Shown: one piece after another, positions 32,123-41,348 of the stretch
How the letters are laid out: each line of letters starts with the position of its first letter
Numbering within the stretch: the first letter of the stretch is position 1
DNA from: an uncultured Armatimonadetes bacterium
GTDB lineage: Bacteria; Armatimonadota; UBA5829; DTJY01
Length of the DNA: 64,000 nt
Direction: 5' to 3'
Assembly (NCBI GenBank): GCA_963717145.1
Contig: OY970325.1
Span: 2,304,001-2,368,000, forward strand
The notes under the pieces: model-generated
The model's input: the letters and a program-made list of their open reading frames with translations, nothing else
What the model was told of the DNA's origin: nothing
Databases searched by the model: none
Position numbers and translations under genes: made by a program

Positions 32123-33124
32123 CTACTTGGCCGGGGTCCACATGACTGCGTGATTCTTCCCGCCCAGGTCCTGCGCGGACCCGACGATGACGCCCGCGTT
32201 ATTGATGGCACCGACCTGGCTGTTGTGCCCTCCGAGGGTCGGCAGAAGCTGCAGGTCGCCGGCCTTGTCCCATACGATCGCGCGATCGGTTCGTAGCTCC
32301 GTCGTGCACGTGCCCACACTCAGGCCGGCGTCGTTGATGCAGTCTATCGAAACGGGCATCATACCGTCGAGCATCTTCAGTTCGGTCCGAACACCTGCGC
32401 GGATGACGAACACCTTGTTCTCCTCGACCAGGTCGCGCGCGAGGATGGCGTCGGCGGAGATGTCTACTATGCTCTCATGGGCCGTCAGATCGTCCAACCG
32501 CGTCACTTTGCCGTCTTCCCAGAGGAAACTCGCCTTCGCGCCGTCCGGGCATCCGACGGTAGCCGCGACGCGGCCCTTTTCGTTGATCACCATCTTATCG
32601 ATGCAACTGAATTCCAGCGGCAGCGGGATCTTGGTGATCTTGTCGTCCTGCATGACGAAGACCTGCGAGTCGGGCCTCCCGAATTGATATGCGCCGACGA
32701 TCCGGCCCTTGTTGTTGATGTCGTCGAGCCGCGCCTCCTCGTAGCCCGTCTCGACCTCGATCTTTCGCACCGCGCCCTTGGCATAGAGGTAGGCAATTCC
32801 AGTGCTCTTCATGGGGAAGCTGCCCAAGTCGTTGATCGGTCCGGTCCAGACCTTGTCAGCACCCTCGGGCATCTTGATCTCGGTCATCTTCCCCTTCTCC
32901 CAGAGAAATGGGACCATGACCTGAACGCTCCTGTTCGCCCCCATGCGGCTGCCCCTGCAGGTGCCGACGATCTGCGTCTTGCCGTTGATACCCGTCGCAT
33001 GGCTGCTGAGGAACCCGGGCAGGATGCCGAGGTCCTTGATCGCGTACTTCGTCTCGGCGGTCGCCGGGTCTCCGACGAGCAGGGCGAGGGAGAGGAGAAT
33101 GGTTGCACAGATGATATATCGCAT
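32123..33124 (-). CDS. Secreted HAF-type extracellular repeat protein, paralog 1
   Basis: Same architecture; GGAGG before ATG 33124. Confidence 0.8.
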   Translation of the reverse strand: MRYIICATILLSLALLVGDPATAETKYAIKDLGILPGFLSSHATGINGKTQIVGTCRGSRMGANRSVQVMVPFLWEKGKMTEIKMPEGADKVWTGPINDLGSFPMKSTGIAYLYAKGAVRKIEVETGYEEARLDDINNKGRIVGAYQFGRPDSQVFVMQDDKITKIPLPLEFSCIDKMVINEKGRVAATVGCPDGAKASFLWEDGKVTRLDDLTAHESIVDISADAILARDLVEENKVFVIRAGVRTELKMLDGMMPVSIDCINDAGLSVGTCTTELRTDRAIVWDKAGDLQLLPTLGGHNSQVGAINNAGVIVGSAQDLGGKNHAVMWTPAK

Positions 33125-33296
33125 TGTGATGCCTCCGCTGGGAAGGATGGTACTACGATTATGCTTCGACATGTGGATACGTCGTTCCTGCCGGGTATGT
33201 TGCCGAACACAAAGCAATGACCGGCACTGAGGCCGGCCATTGCCTTCGAGTACGATTACGATTAGGAGTAGGAGTACGATGCGGAGAAACCCCTAG

Positions 33297-34884
33297 CAGC
33301 CTGTCTGAGAATTCCCCGCTATGTGGGTGAGTTTCCCATCTGCGGGGTCGCGCTGGCTGCTGTTCGATAGTGTTTTTCGCCGGATTTCCGGCGAGGGTCT
33401 GTAAAGACCCCTTGTACCTTGATAATCAGCCTGATCCAGGTCATATATCTACGTATCGAAGATCGATTTCCGGTCGCCGTATCGGTATAGCTTCAGCATG
33501 TTGTGCCCAAGACACGCAAGCGTCCACTCCGACTTCGCTTTCGCAAGGCCTCGGAGTAGGAAGCCTCGGAAGTTCCGTGCGCTCTTGATCTGGCCGAACA
33601 CCGGCTCTACCGTCTCCTTCCGCCTCCCGTAGATCTTTCGGCCAAGAGGAGTCAAGAGCTTTGCTCTCTGGCGATCTGCGGCGGATTGCTTTGCCGGATC
33701 AAGGCAGGAAGGCGCCGTCGGCTCTTTGCCATGACGTTGTCTGTCAGGCGGTATATAAGCGTCGATCCCTTGCTGCTCGACCATCTCTATGTTGTCGCTG
33801 CTGAAGTATCCGGCATCGGCGGATACTTCTTCCGGTTTCTTTCCGGTGTTCTCCTTGATTGCCTCGATCATGTCACTAAGATGCGGTGAGTCCGCTGCCT
33901 GGTTCGTGAGATCACACGCCACTACAATCTGATGATCTGCGTCTACCGCAGCTTGTCCGTTGTATGCCTGCACGAAGGCTTTCTTTGCGTCCTTCATTAT
34001 CCGGCTTTCCGGGTCTGTGAAGTTCCGCTGTGCCTTCCCTTCCGGCTCTGTCTTTACGGGCCCCGGCTCTCTGCCGCGAGGCTTCTTCCCGGATGCTTCC
34101 TGCTCCGCCTTCTCTTGGGCTCGCATCGCTTCTTCGGCTGATGCTCGCTCTTTGGCCTCGCGCTCCAGCGCTTCTTTTGCTTCCCTGATCTTGGCGAGCC
34201 GCTTCTCTCTGGTTGCGAGTTCCTCCGGGAGTTCGTCTCCTCGGCGGTCAAGACCATATTCCGCGTCTTCCTGGTCGTCCACAGAAAGACCCTTCGCAAG
34301 GAGCGCCTCGATCTCAGCCTGAAGCTCTTTTTCTTTCTCGACCATCCGAGAGTAGCTCATGGCGGAGTGCTTGCTTGCGTTGGCAAGCAGCTTTGTTCCG
34401 TCTATGGCTATGTGTTTCATCGACACAAGCCCGGCGCTTGCGCATAGCCTGAGCACTTGCACAAACAGGTCCGCAAGGGACTTGAGATGCCTCTTCCTGA
34501 ACTCGCTTATCGTGCGGAAGTCGGGATGATTTCCTGCCGCAAGCACCCGGAAGGCTACATCTTCATACGTGGCCAGGGAGAGCTTTCGAGATGAATACAC
34601 TCCCCGGCACAAACCGTAGAATATGATCTTTGTAAGCATTGCCGGATGGAACGGCGGCGCTCCTCGGGCCTCTTTCTCGTATGAGGCGTATATCGCGGAA
34701 AGGTCGAGACTGTCTACGACATCGCTCACAAAGTATGCGAGATGTCCCTCGGGCAGCCACTCCGACATCAAGGGCGGCAACAGCAATATCTGGTCAGGTT
34801 GATAAGGAAGGTATGGCTTGCTCATACCCGTATTTTACTACATACCTGGCACCTTGCGCCAGAGGTTATTTCATGGACAGGCTG
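33297..34884 (-). mobile_element. IS1182-family insertion sequence
   Basis: Terminal inverted repeats CAGCCTGTC.../...GACAGGCTG, CTAG on both sides, one transposase ORF. Confidence 0.88.
33449..34825 (-). CDS. IS1182-family transposase
   Basis: SSRKL, PDFRTISEFR, IDGTK-x2-ANAS, TDPESR-x-MK, ADAGY, VEPVFGQIK. Confidence 0.93.
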   Translation of the reverse strand: MSKPYLPYQPDQILLLPPLMSEWLPEGHLAYFVSDVVDSLDLSAIYASYEKEARGAPPFHPAMLTKIIFYGLCRGVYSSRKLSLATYEDVAFRVLAAGNHPDFRTISEFRKRHLKSLADLFVQVLRLCASAGLVSMKHIAIDGTKLLANASKHSAMSYSRMVEKEKELQAEIEALLAKGLSVDDQEDAEYGLDRRGDELPEELATREKRLAKIREAKEALEREAKERASAEEAMRAQEKAEQEASGKKPRGREPGPVKTEPEGKAQRNFTDPESRIMKDAKKAFVQAYNGQAAVDADHQIVVACDLTNQAADSPHLSDMIEAIKENTGKKPEEVSADAGYFSSDNIEMVEQQGIDAYIPPDRQRHGKEPTAPSCLDPAKQSAADRQRAKLLTPLGRKIYGRRKETVEPVFGQIKSARNFRGFLLRGLAKAKSEWTLACLGHNMLKLYRYGDRKSIFDT

Positions 34885-36891
34885 CTAGCCCAGCGCTTCC
34901 CGTGCGGCCTTCGCCCGCGCGACGTTCTCGGACCAGAAGCCGAGGAACTGGTTGAGCGTCGGCGGGACGTAGATCGAGGTGATGTAGTCCTCGGGCGCGA
35001 CACCGTCGGGCTCGAAGGCCTTCACCCAGTCCGGCCAGATTCGGAGGAGCGTCCGATGGCGCGTGTCCCAGATCGAGCCGGGGACAGGCGTGCCGTCGCG
35101 GTTCATGTCGTCGTGCAGGGTCCTCCAGGACTTGATCTCGGGGCCGCCGGACTTCGCCAGATCGAGGTACATCCGCTGGATGTTGCCGAAGTCGGTCGAG
35201 AACGGCACATCGAGCAGGTCGGTGTTCTGGTGGAACTTTCGCTTTGAGGCCGTGAGCAGGCGGTTCTGCTCCGAGCCGAACTTGTAGGCGATCCACGCAG
35301 CCGCCCGCTTGGTGCAGAGGCTTCCCGCGTGATCGATGGCGTCCTCCTCGGCCTCGGGATCGAAGTCGATTCCGGCTCGGGCGACGGCCGCCTTGAACTC
35401 GGGCGAGTTCAGGGGCGCTTCGGTCAGCGCCTTCGGGACGGCGGGCTTGATCTCGGTCTTGAACGGCGAGTCGGCGGGGAGCGCGTCGAGCAGCCGCTCG
35501 ATCCGATACACGCGGATGGCGTCGTTGAAGCGCCCGATCATCGACGTGATGACCGAGCCGCCGCGTCCGTCGTCGACCTTCTCGCCGGTCCGCGACTCGT
35601 ATAGCTTGATGCCCTCGTCCACGGCCACCCAGGTCGCGACCATCTGGGCGACTTCGTAGCTCAGGGTCATGTTGGTGAACATCCGCTCGTGGAGGGCGTC
35701 AGGATAGTCGGGATGGAAGCCGGCGTTGAACGCGCGGACGATCCCCAGCGCGCATGGACCGGTGCACGAGACCTTGAAGTGGTTGTTCGCCTTGCCGACC
35801 CTCGGAGCGGCTTTCGATGCATACGGCTCTCCTGCCCCTTCGAGCAGGATGTCGTCGAAGAGCTGGACGCGCTTGCCGAGGATGTCGTAGATCTCGCCGC
35901 CCGCGCGGACGCACTTCTCCTCCTCGTCGTGCCAGTCGGGCCGGAGCTGGAACGCCACGCGCCCGAGGCCCTGCATCAGGAAGACCTGTCGGAGGCCAAG
36001 CATCGCGTCCACGACGACCCATTCGGTGAACTTCGTCGCCGCCCAGTCGTCGGCCTGGTTCTTCTCGATCTGCTCCTTCGCGATGATGGCTCGGACCGCG
36101 CTCCATTTGTTCGGGAACCGCTTGATGAACGCTGCGGCCTCTTCCCCGTGGATGTTGGCCTTTCCGTCGAGGTCGTCCTCGCCCATCACGGCGATCGCCG
36201 GGTTCGTCGTGCCGCCGAGACTCCCGATCTTGCGGCACCGAGCGGCCTGGAGTCCGTAGTCGTTGAAGAACTCGGTCTTGGTGAGTCCCTTCTCCCACGC
36301 GAGGAACAGCTTCACGTAGTACGTCTCGGGCTGATAAAGGGCGGCGAAGCACTTCAGATGCTCGGCGATCGTCGCATACGGATCGCTGCCGGACACGCGC
36401 TGCCAGTCGTTCGCCCATGCGATGAAGAGGTTGTCGCCCTTGTTGACCGCGAGGTCCTCCGACTTGATCTCATCGAGGACCGCCTTCGCGGCATCCGGAG
36501 CGGCGGCCTCCCATTCGATGAGGAGCTTCTCGCCGTTCGCCCTGATCTGATCGATGACGGGTGCGGTCAAGGTGTTCTCCCCGTGGAGCGCCTCGGACTG
36601 GAGGTTGTGGTGCAGTTCGACGATCGACGAGAGGGAATCGGTCACGCCCAGGAGGAATGAGACGCACTTCTTCCGCGTCGGGAGATTGGCTGACTTGAAC
36701 GCTTCGTCCAGGCCTGCGGTCACATCTTGGAACCGGGCGGCGAAGTCGGTCGGTCTGGTGAAGAAGAGCAGCTTCTGGCGCGCGAGTTCGACGTCCCAGC
36801 CGGGCATCATTCCGTCCGCACAGCGGTGGCATCCGAGCACGAGGCAGCATATCGTTTTCGTTGCGGGATCAGACATCAGGGAATCCTCCAT
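34885..36891 (-). CDS. Unusually long transaldolase-family protein
   Basis: GGTTNPAI, FKVS (candidate Schiff-base Lys), NMTL, SMIGR, TASKR in transaldolase order. Confidence 0.7.
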   Translation of the reverse strand: MEDSLMSDPATKTICCLVLGCHRCADGMMPGWDVELARQKLLFFTRPTDFAARFQDVTAGLDEAFKSANLPTRKKCVSFLLGVTDSLSSIVELHHNLQSEALHGENTLTAPVIDQIRANGEKLLIEWEAAAPDAAKAVLDEIKSEDLAVNKGDNLFIAWANDWQRVSGSDPYATIAEHLKCFAALYQPETYYVKLFLAWEKGLTKTEFFNDYGLQAARCRKIGSLGGTTNPAIAVMGEDDLDGKANIHGEEAAAFIKRFPNKWSAVRAIIAKEQIEKNQADDWAATKFTEWVVVDAMLGLRQVFLMQGLGRVAFQLRPDWHDEEEKCVRAGGEIYDILGKRVQLFDDILLEGAGEPYASKAAPRVGKANNHFKVSCTGPCALGIVRAFNAGFHPDYPDALHERMFTNMTLSYEVAQMVATWVAVDEGIKLYESRTGEKVDDGRGGSVITSMIGRFNDAIRVYRIERLLDALPADSPFKTEIKPAVPKALTEAPLNSPEFKAAVARAGIDFDPEAEEDAIDHAGSLCTKRAAAWIAYKFGSEQNRLLTASKRKFHQNTDLLDVPFSTDFGNIQRMYLDLAKSGGPEIKSWRTLHDDMNRDGTPVPGSIWDTRHRTLLRIWPDWVKAFEPDGVAPEDYITSIYVPPTLNQFLGFWSENVARAKAAREALG

Positions 36892-36915
36892 TGCGAGTCA
36901 AAGAGTCATATTCTA

Positions 36916-37005
36916 CGATGCTGCGGGAATGCTTTTCTTTCCCGCAGCAGAGCCCTCGTACATACGCTGCATGCTGATGGAAAGAAAAGCATTCCATCAG
37001 CATCG
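36916..37005. repeat. Intergenic inverted repeat
   Basis: CGATGCTGCGGGAATGCTTTTCTTTCC...GGAAAGAAAAGCATTCCATCAGCATCG. Confidence 0.7.
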
Positions 37006-37023
37006 CAACGTCCTGTGAAGTGG

Positions 37024-38340
37024 CTACTCCATCGTGTGCTTCGGGATCGACTTGTCGTTGCGCGTCCTCGTGGCTTCGGCTTCCATCTTGTCCACACACT
37101 GCTGCGGGGTGATCTCGCCGTTCAGAAGCGCCGCGAGGGCGTCCTCCGTCGCTTTGCCGAGCGCCTTGTACCAATCGCCGTAGTCGCGGTACCAAGTCTC
37201 CTTCGCCTCGCGCATGCACTTCGCGGGCTCGACGAGATCGGGCGGAAGGTTGACATCGTCGCTCCCGATGATCGACATCAGGGTGTTCTTCTTGACGACG
37301 AACTCCTTGGCCATCTTGAGCGATGTCATGAACTTGTAGAAGTCGGCGGCCTCGTCGGGATGCTTCGCCTCCTTGGGGACGATCCAGGTCTCGATGCCGG
37401 TCGAAGTGACCGTCGGATCTCCCTTCCCGCCCTTGATGACCGGCGGGTTGAAGTACTGCATGCGGAATCCCTTGGGGATCTGGGTCTTCATCTCCGACCC
37501 GAGCCACGTTCCGCAGGGAATCATCGCCGCGTTGGCGAGGACGAACTCCATCTGCGACTCGGTGTGGCTCATCCCCATCGCGCCCTTCTGGAAGTACCCC
37601 TTCTTCCGCATCTCGTCGATCATCTGGGCCGCCTTGAGGAACGCCGGGTTCTTCCATGCGCCTGGGACGAGGTTCTGCGCGTCCTTGAAGACCTGGAATC
37701 CGCCGGCGCTGATCGCCCACGGGATGAACATCCCCTGGAGCATGTACTGCGGGTACTTGCCCTGGAAGGTCATGGGCGCGATGTTCTTCGCCTTGATCTT
37801 CTCGCAGAGGACGAGAAGCTCGTCGTAGGTCTTCGGAGGCTTCCATCCGTTCTTCTCGAACATGCCGACGTTGTACCACCAGCCGAACACGTTGTTGTTA
37901 TACGGCATGATGTAGTAATGGCCGTCATACTTGCCCTTGTTCAGCAGGCTGGGGATGAACGTGTCCTTCCACTTCTTGTCCTGGTCGAACGCCTTGGTCT
38001 CGAGGTACTTGTCCATCTCCATCACCTGGCCGTCCATGACGAGCGCCCAGGTGTCCATGCCCCATCCCGGCCACGTCAGATCGGGGGGATCGCCTGCCAC
38101 GAATCGCGGACGGAGTTGCTCCCAGATTCGCGGGTTGCCCCAGACCTTGATCTTGATGTCGGGATGGATCTTCTCGTACTCGCGGGCGGCGTACTCGAAG
38201 AAGTCGAGGCCGTATCCGCCCTGGAAGACGGCGACCTCCAACTCGATCTTGCCGCCGGTCGAGCCGGACGGCTTATTGGCGCATCCGACGAGAATGCAGA
38301 GCGCCAGAACGATGGCGAGTATCAGCAGTATCTTTCTCAT
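37024..38340 (-). CDS. Carbohydrate ABC transporter substrate-binding lipoprotein (NgcE-like)
   Basis: Lipobox LVGC; FQGGYG, PPD, PKTYDEL, GTWL motifs. Confidence 0.85.
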   Translation of the reverse strand: MRKILLILAIVLALCILVGCANKPSGSTGGKIELEVAVFQGGYGLDFFEYAAREYEKIHPDIKIKVWGNPRIWEQLRPRFVAGDPPDLTWPGWGMDTWALVMDGQVMEMDKYLETKAFDQDKKWKDTFIPSLLNKGKYDGHYYIMPYNNNVFGWWYNVGMFEKNGWKPPKTYDELLVLCEKIKAKNIAPMTFQGKYPQYMLQGMFIPWAISAGGFQVFKDAQNLVPGAWKNPAFLKAAQMIDEMRKKGYFQKGAMGMSHTESQMEFVLANAAMIPCGTWLGSEMKTQIPKGFRMQYFNPPVIKGGKGDPTVTSTGIETWIVPKEAKHPDEAADFYKFMTSLKMAKEFVVKKNTLMSIIGSDDVNLPPDLVEPAKCMREAKETWYRDYGDWYKALGKATEDALAALLNGEITPQQCVDKMEAEATRTRNDKSIPKHTME

Positions 38341-38418
38341 GAGTGCTTCATCCTCCGAAGGAATGTGTTCGTGGTAAGGTTTCAACCGGGCGGCGGGGAA
38401 ATCCTTCGCCAACAGGGT

Positions 38419-38512
38419 GTAGGAGGGATTTTCCGGGATGATTGTGCCCGGTAATCCCGAATAGATGTGATCGGGATTACCGGGCACAATCATCCCGGAA
38501 AATCCCTCCTAC
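38419..38512. repeat. GTAG-type long palindrome, family C
   Basis: GTAGGAGGGATTTTCCGGGATGATTGTGCCCGGTAATCCCGA and its reverse complement. Confidence 0.9.
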
Positions 38513-39687
38513 GATGCCGGCTTGGGCGAGACCTGCCAGTAGATCAGGCCCGCGATCAGGATCAGGCTCGAGAGAACCGCGAACGCGGCATACGGCGCTC
38601 GGAGTGAGATGAACTGAGCGGCGATCCCGCCGACGAACCCGCCGGAGATGTTCCCCGCGGCGACGAGCGACTCGTGGATGCCCGAGTTCTTCCCCATCTT
38701 CGTCCGCGCCTGGAGTCCGTAGTACAGCGCCTGAGTGTACGCAATCCCGAGGGATATCCCCTGGATCAGGAACGCGGCGGCATAGAGCGCCTTGGACTGG
38801 ACGAGCGCGATCGCCAGCCCGGACACGATCGCCATCAGGAGCGCCATCACCAGCGGCCAGAGCTTCCCGCGCCACCAGGGGCTCGCGCCCGCGATGAATA
38901 TGCCGACCGCCTGCCCGACGAGCATTGTGCCGAGCAGGAGTCCGATCGCGCCGTCCGAGTACCCGAGCGTGTAACCGAGCTTCGGGAACATGCTCCTGAT
39001 CGCCGAATACCCGAAGAATCCGACGAAGTGCGCCGACCTGGCTATCATCAGCAGTGGCCCGGGCCCTTCCGTCGATGAAGAGAGAAGCATCGGATCGATG
39101 CCCTCCCCGTTCTCCTGCGCACCGCCCGAGACATGCATCCGCGACCATGCGCGGACGAACCAGATCGAGCCGGCCGCGAGAAGCGCTCCGACCGCGAACG
39201 GCCACGCCTTGTGCGCCGCGAACAGATAGCCGGCGACGAGCGTGCATGCCGATCCGCCGATGGTCCAGCCGATGTTGAACGCGGATAGGTTCTTTCGAAG
39301 CTCGCCCTTGGCGCTGTTGTCGCCGATGAACGCCTGCAGGGACGGGTAGAACGCGCCAACGGAGATCATGAAGAAGAAGTAGTAGACGAAGATATGCGCA
39401 TTGTTGGCGGAGAACGCCAGTCCGATGGCGGTCAGAGTTGCCAATGCCGCCGCCGGGATGATGACTCTCGTGCGGCCGACCTTCTCCGAGAGCAGCCCCG
39501 TGGTCATGCACACGGGCAGGCGCGCCCCCTGGGAGATCGACCACATGTTGCCGAGGAAAAGCGGGCTTGCGCCGAATCTGATGGCGAGCAGAGGCACGGC
39601 GGTCTGCACGAAGCCGATGCAGCCGTCCATGAGAGCAGGTATCGCGAAACTGAAACCGCGCGTGCGGGTGGATGATGACTTGTCCAT
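38509..39687 (-). CDS. MFS transporter
   Basis: About 12 hydrophobic segments; motif A-like GLLSEKVGRT. Confidence 0.85.
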   Translation of the reverse strand: MDKSSSTRTRGFSFAIPALMDGCIGFVQTAVPLLAIRFGASPLFLGNMWSISQGARLPVCMTTGLLSEKVGRTRVIIPAAALATLTAIGLAFSANNAHIFVYYFFFMISVGAFYPSLQAFIGDNSAKGELRKNLSAFNIGWTIGGSACTLVAGYLFAAHKAWPFAVGALLAAGSIWFVRAWSRMHVSGGAQENGEGIDPMLLSSSTEGPGPLLMIARSAHFVGFFGYSAIRSMFPKLGYTLGYSDGAIGLLLGTMLVGQAVGIFIAGASPWWRGKLWPLVMALLMAIVSGLAIALVQSKALYAAAFLIQGISLGIAYTQALYYGLQARTKMGKNSGIHESLVAAGNISGGFVGGIAAQFISLRAPYAAFAVLSSLILIAGLIYWQVSPKPAS

Positions 39688-39732
39688 GAGTACGAGTGAT
39701 TGTTCATCGCGGCGCCCTCATAGTCCTACACG

Positions 39733-39961
39733 GGGTGCATTCGAGCTGAGTGGGTGGCGACCGTCTCTCGTTATGCCACCAGAGTGGCTACTCGAGACTA
39801 GACGGTTGGGGCTTGGGAGCCTCGGCAGACCACCCAACCGTTCTCCTCGAGACTAGACGGGGTTAGGTCCTGGGAAGCCTGGCAGACCACCCAACCGTTC
39901 TCCTCGAGTAGCCACTCTGGTGGCATAACGAGAGGCCGGCCCACTCTGGGGAAATGCACCC
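39733..39961. mobile_element. MITE-like element, copy 2 (inverted, with internal duplication)
   Basis: GGGTGCATT...AATGCACCC; flanks TCCTACACG / TCCTACACA. Confidence 0.85.
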
Positions 39962-39977
39962 TCCTACACACCAGGTC

Positions 39978-40006
39978 TTGACTCGTGATGGAGAACGCTG
40001 TATTCT
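39978..40006 (+). promoter_or_regulatory. Probable sigma70 promoter upstream of small basic ORF
   Basis: TTGACT-17 bp-TATTCT. Confidence 0.5.
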
Positions 40007-40051
40007 TTTGTCAGACAGACTGATCCATTTCACATTTGCGAGGCAACTACC

Positions 40052-40165
40052 ATGGGAGACAAGTCACCGAAGAAAGAAAACAAAGCACAGCCGAAGAAGG
40101 ATCTCAAAGAGAAACGCAAGGACAAGCAGGAGAAGAAGGCTGCTGCAAAGACCTGGAGTCCGTAG
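40052..40165 (+). CDS. 37-aa lysine-rich small protein (absent from the ORF track)
   Basis: GAGG RBS then MGDKSPKKENKAQPKKDLKEKRKDKQEKKAAAKTWSP*. Confidence 0.65.
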   Translation: MGDKSPKKENKAQPKKDLKEKRKDKQEKKAAAKTWSP

Positions 40166-40175
40166 CGGAATCCGC

Positions 40176-41333
40176 TTGAGAACGCGAACGTGCACCGTGC
40201 TGATACTTGCATGCCTCTTCTCGGTCGCCTGGGGAGCCGACCGAGAAGTCATGCGCACGGATATGTTCGATCACATCCGCGGTGGGTGGACCGGCATGCT
40301 CATCGGCGGGATCGAGGGGCTACCCCACGAGTTCAAGTACAACGATGCGCCCCGTGAATCGCTCCCCGAGTTCACCTTCCTCAAAGACGGCGCGCGGTCC
40401 GACGACGACAACGATATCGAGTGGATGCACATCTACTACATGGACCGTTACCGCACGCTCCTGATCCCCTACCCCAAGATCGTGGATATCTGGAAGGCGA
40501 ACATGAACGCCGGGATCTGGGCCGCCAACCGCCAGGCCCGCAAGCTCATGGACGAGGGCATCGTCCCTCCCGCCACCGGGGATCCCGCGCGGAACAGCTA
40601 TGCGTCGTTCAACCTCTCCGGCCAGTTCTGCATCGAGTCATACGGCATGATCGCACCGGGCATGCCACAGTTGGCGGGGGAAATCGGTCTCCACTATGCG
40701 CAGATCAGCGTGCGGGGCGAGCCGCTCCAGGCGACCCGGTACTGGACGGCGCTGATCAGTCAGACGATATTCAGCGAAGAGCGGATCCCCAGGCAGATCG
40801 TCGATGCGCTCCTGGCGGTCGATCCGTCGAGCGCGATGGCGGAGGTCGTGAGGGATGCGATCAAGGCGCACGACGACAATCCCACCGACTGGAAGGCGGC
40901 GCGTCAGTCGATCCACGACAAGTGGTTCGTCGAGCGGAAGTGGAATACGAACTCGACTCCGCTCAACGGCGGGGCGGTCGTCCTGGCGCTGCTCTATGGC
41001 GACGGCGACTTCTACAAGACGCTCCAGTACGCGATGGCTCTGGGATACGATGCCGACTGCAATGCGGCAACCGCCGGCGCGGTGATCGGCTACCGGATCG
41101 GGTTCAAAGCGATCGAGGCGCTCCCGCAGTTCCGCATGCCGGACACCTACCGGAACGCGACGCGTCCCTCGCTGCCGGCGGAGTCGAAGGTATCCGACCA
41201 GGCCGAGACGCTCCTCCGGGTCTGCGAGCGCGCCATCCTCCGCAACGGCGGCCGCCGCGTCACCATCGACGGCCAACCCGGATACCGCATCAAGCTCCAG
41301 CAGCCGAGGGTTATCCAGCCGCTGGAGAAGTAG
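40176..41333 (+). CDS. ADP-ribosylglycohydrolase-family protein with probable signal peptide
   Basis: GGW-x-GMLIG, SDDDND, GYDADCNAATAG; start uncertain. Confidence 0.75.
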   Translation: MRTRTCTVLILACLFSVAWGADREVMRTDMFDHIRGGWTGMLIGGIEGLPHEFKYNDAPRESLPEFTFLKDGARSDDDNDIEWMHIYYMDRYRTLLIPYPKIVDIWKANMNAGIWAANRQARKLMDEGIVPPATGDPARNSYASFNLSGQFCIESYGMIAPGMPQLAGEIGLHYAQISVRGEPLQATRYWTALISQTIFSEERIPRQIVDALLAVDPSSAMAEVVRDAIKAHDDNPTDWKAARQSIHDKWFVERKWNTNSTPLNGGAVVLALLYGDGDFYKTLQYAMALGYDADCNAATAGAVIGYRIGFKAIEALPQFRMPDTYRNATRPSLPAESKVSDQAETLLRVCERAILRNGGRRVTIDGQPGYRIKLQQPRVIQPLEK

Positions 41334-41348
41334 ACGAGTACTGCACTT

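Noticed and set aside
30035-32296. 753-aa plus-strand ORF and similar long shadow ORFs (e.g. 3278-4885, 36727-38454)
   Set aside because: Antisense to well-supported genes, no motifs; expected in high-GC DNA.
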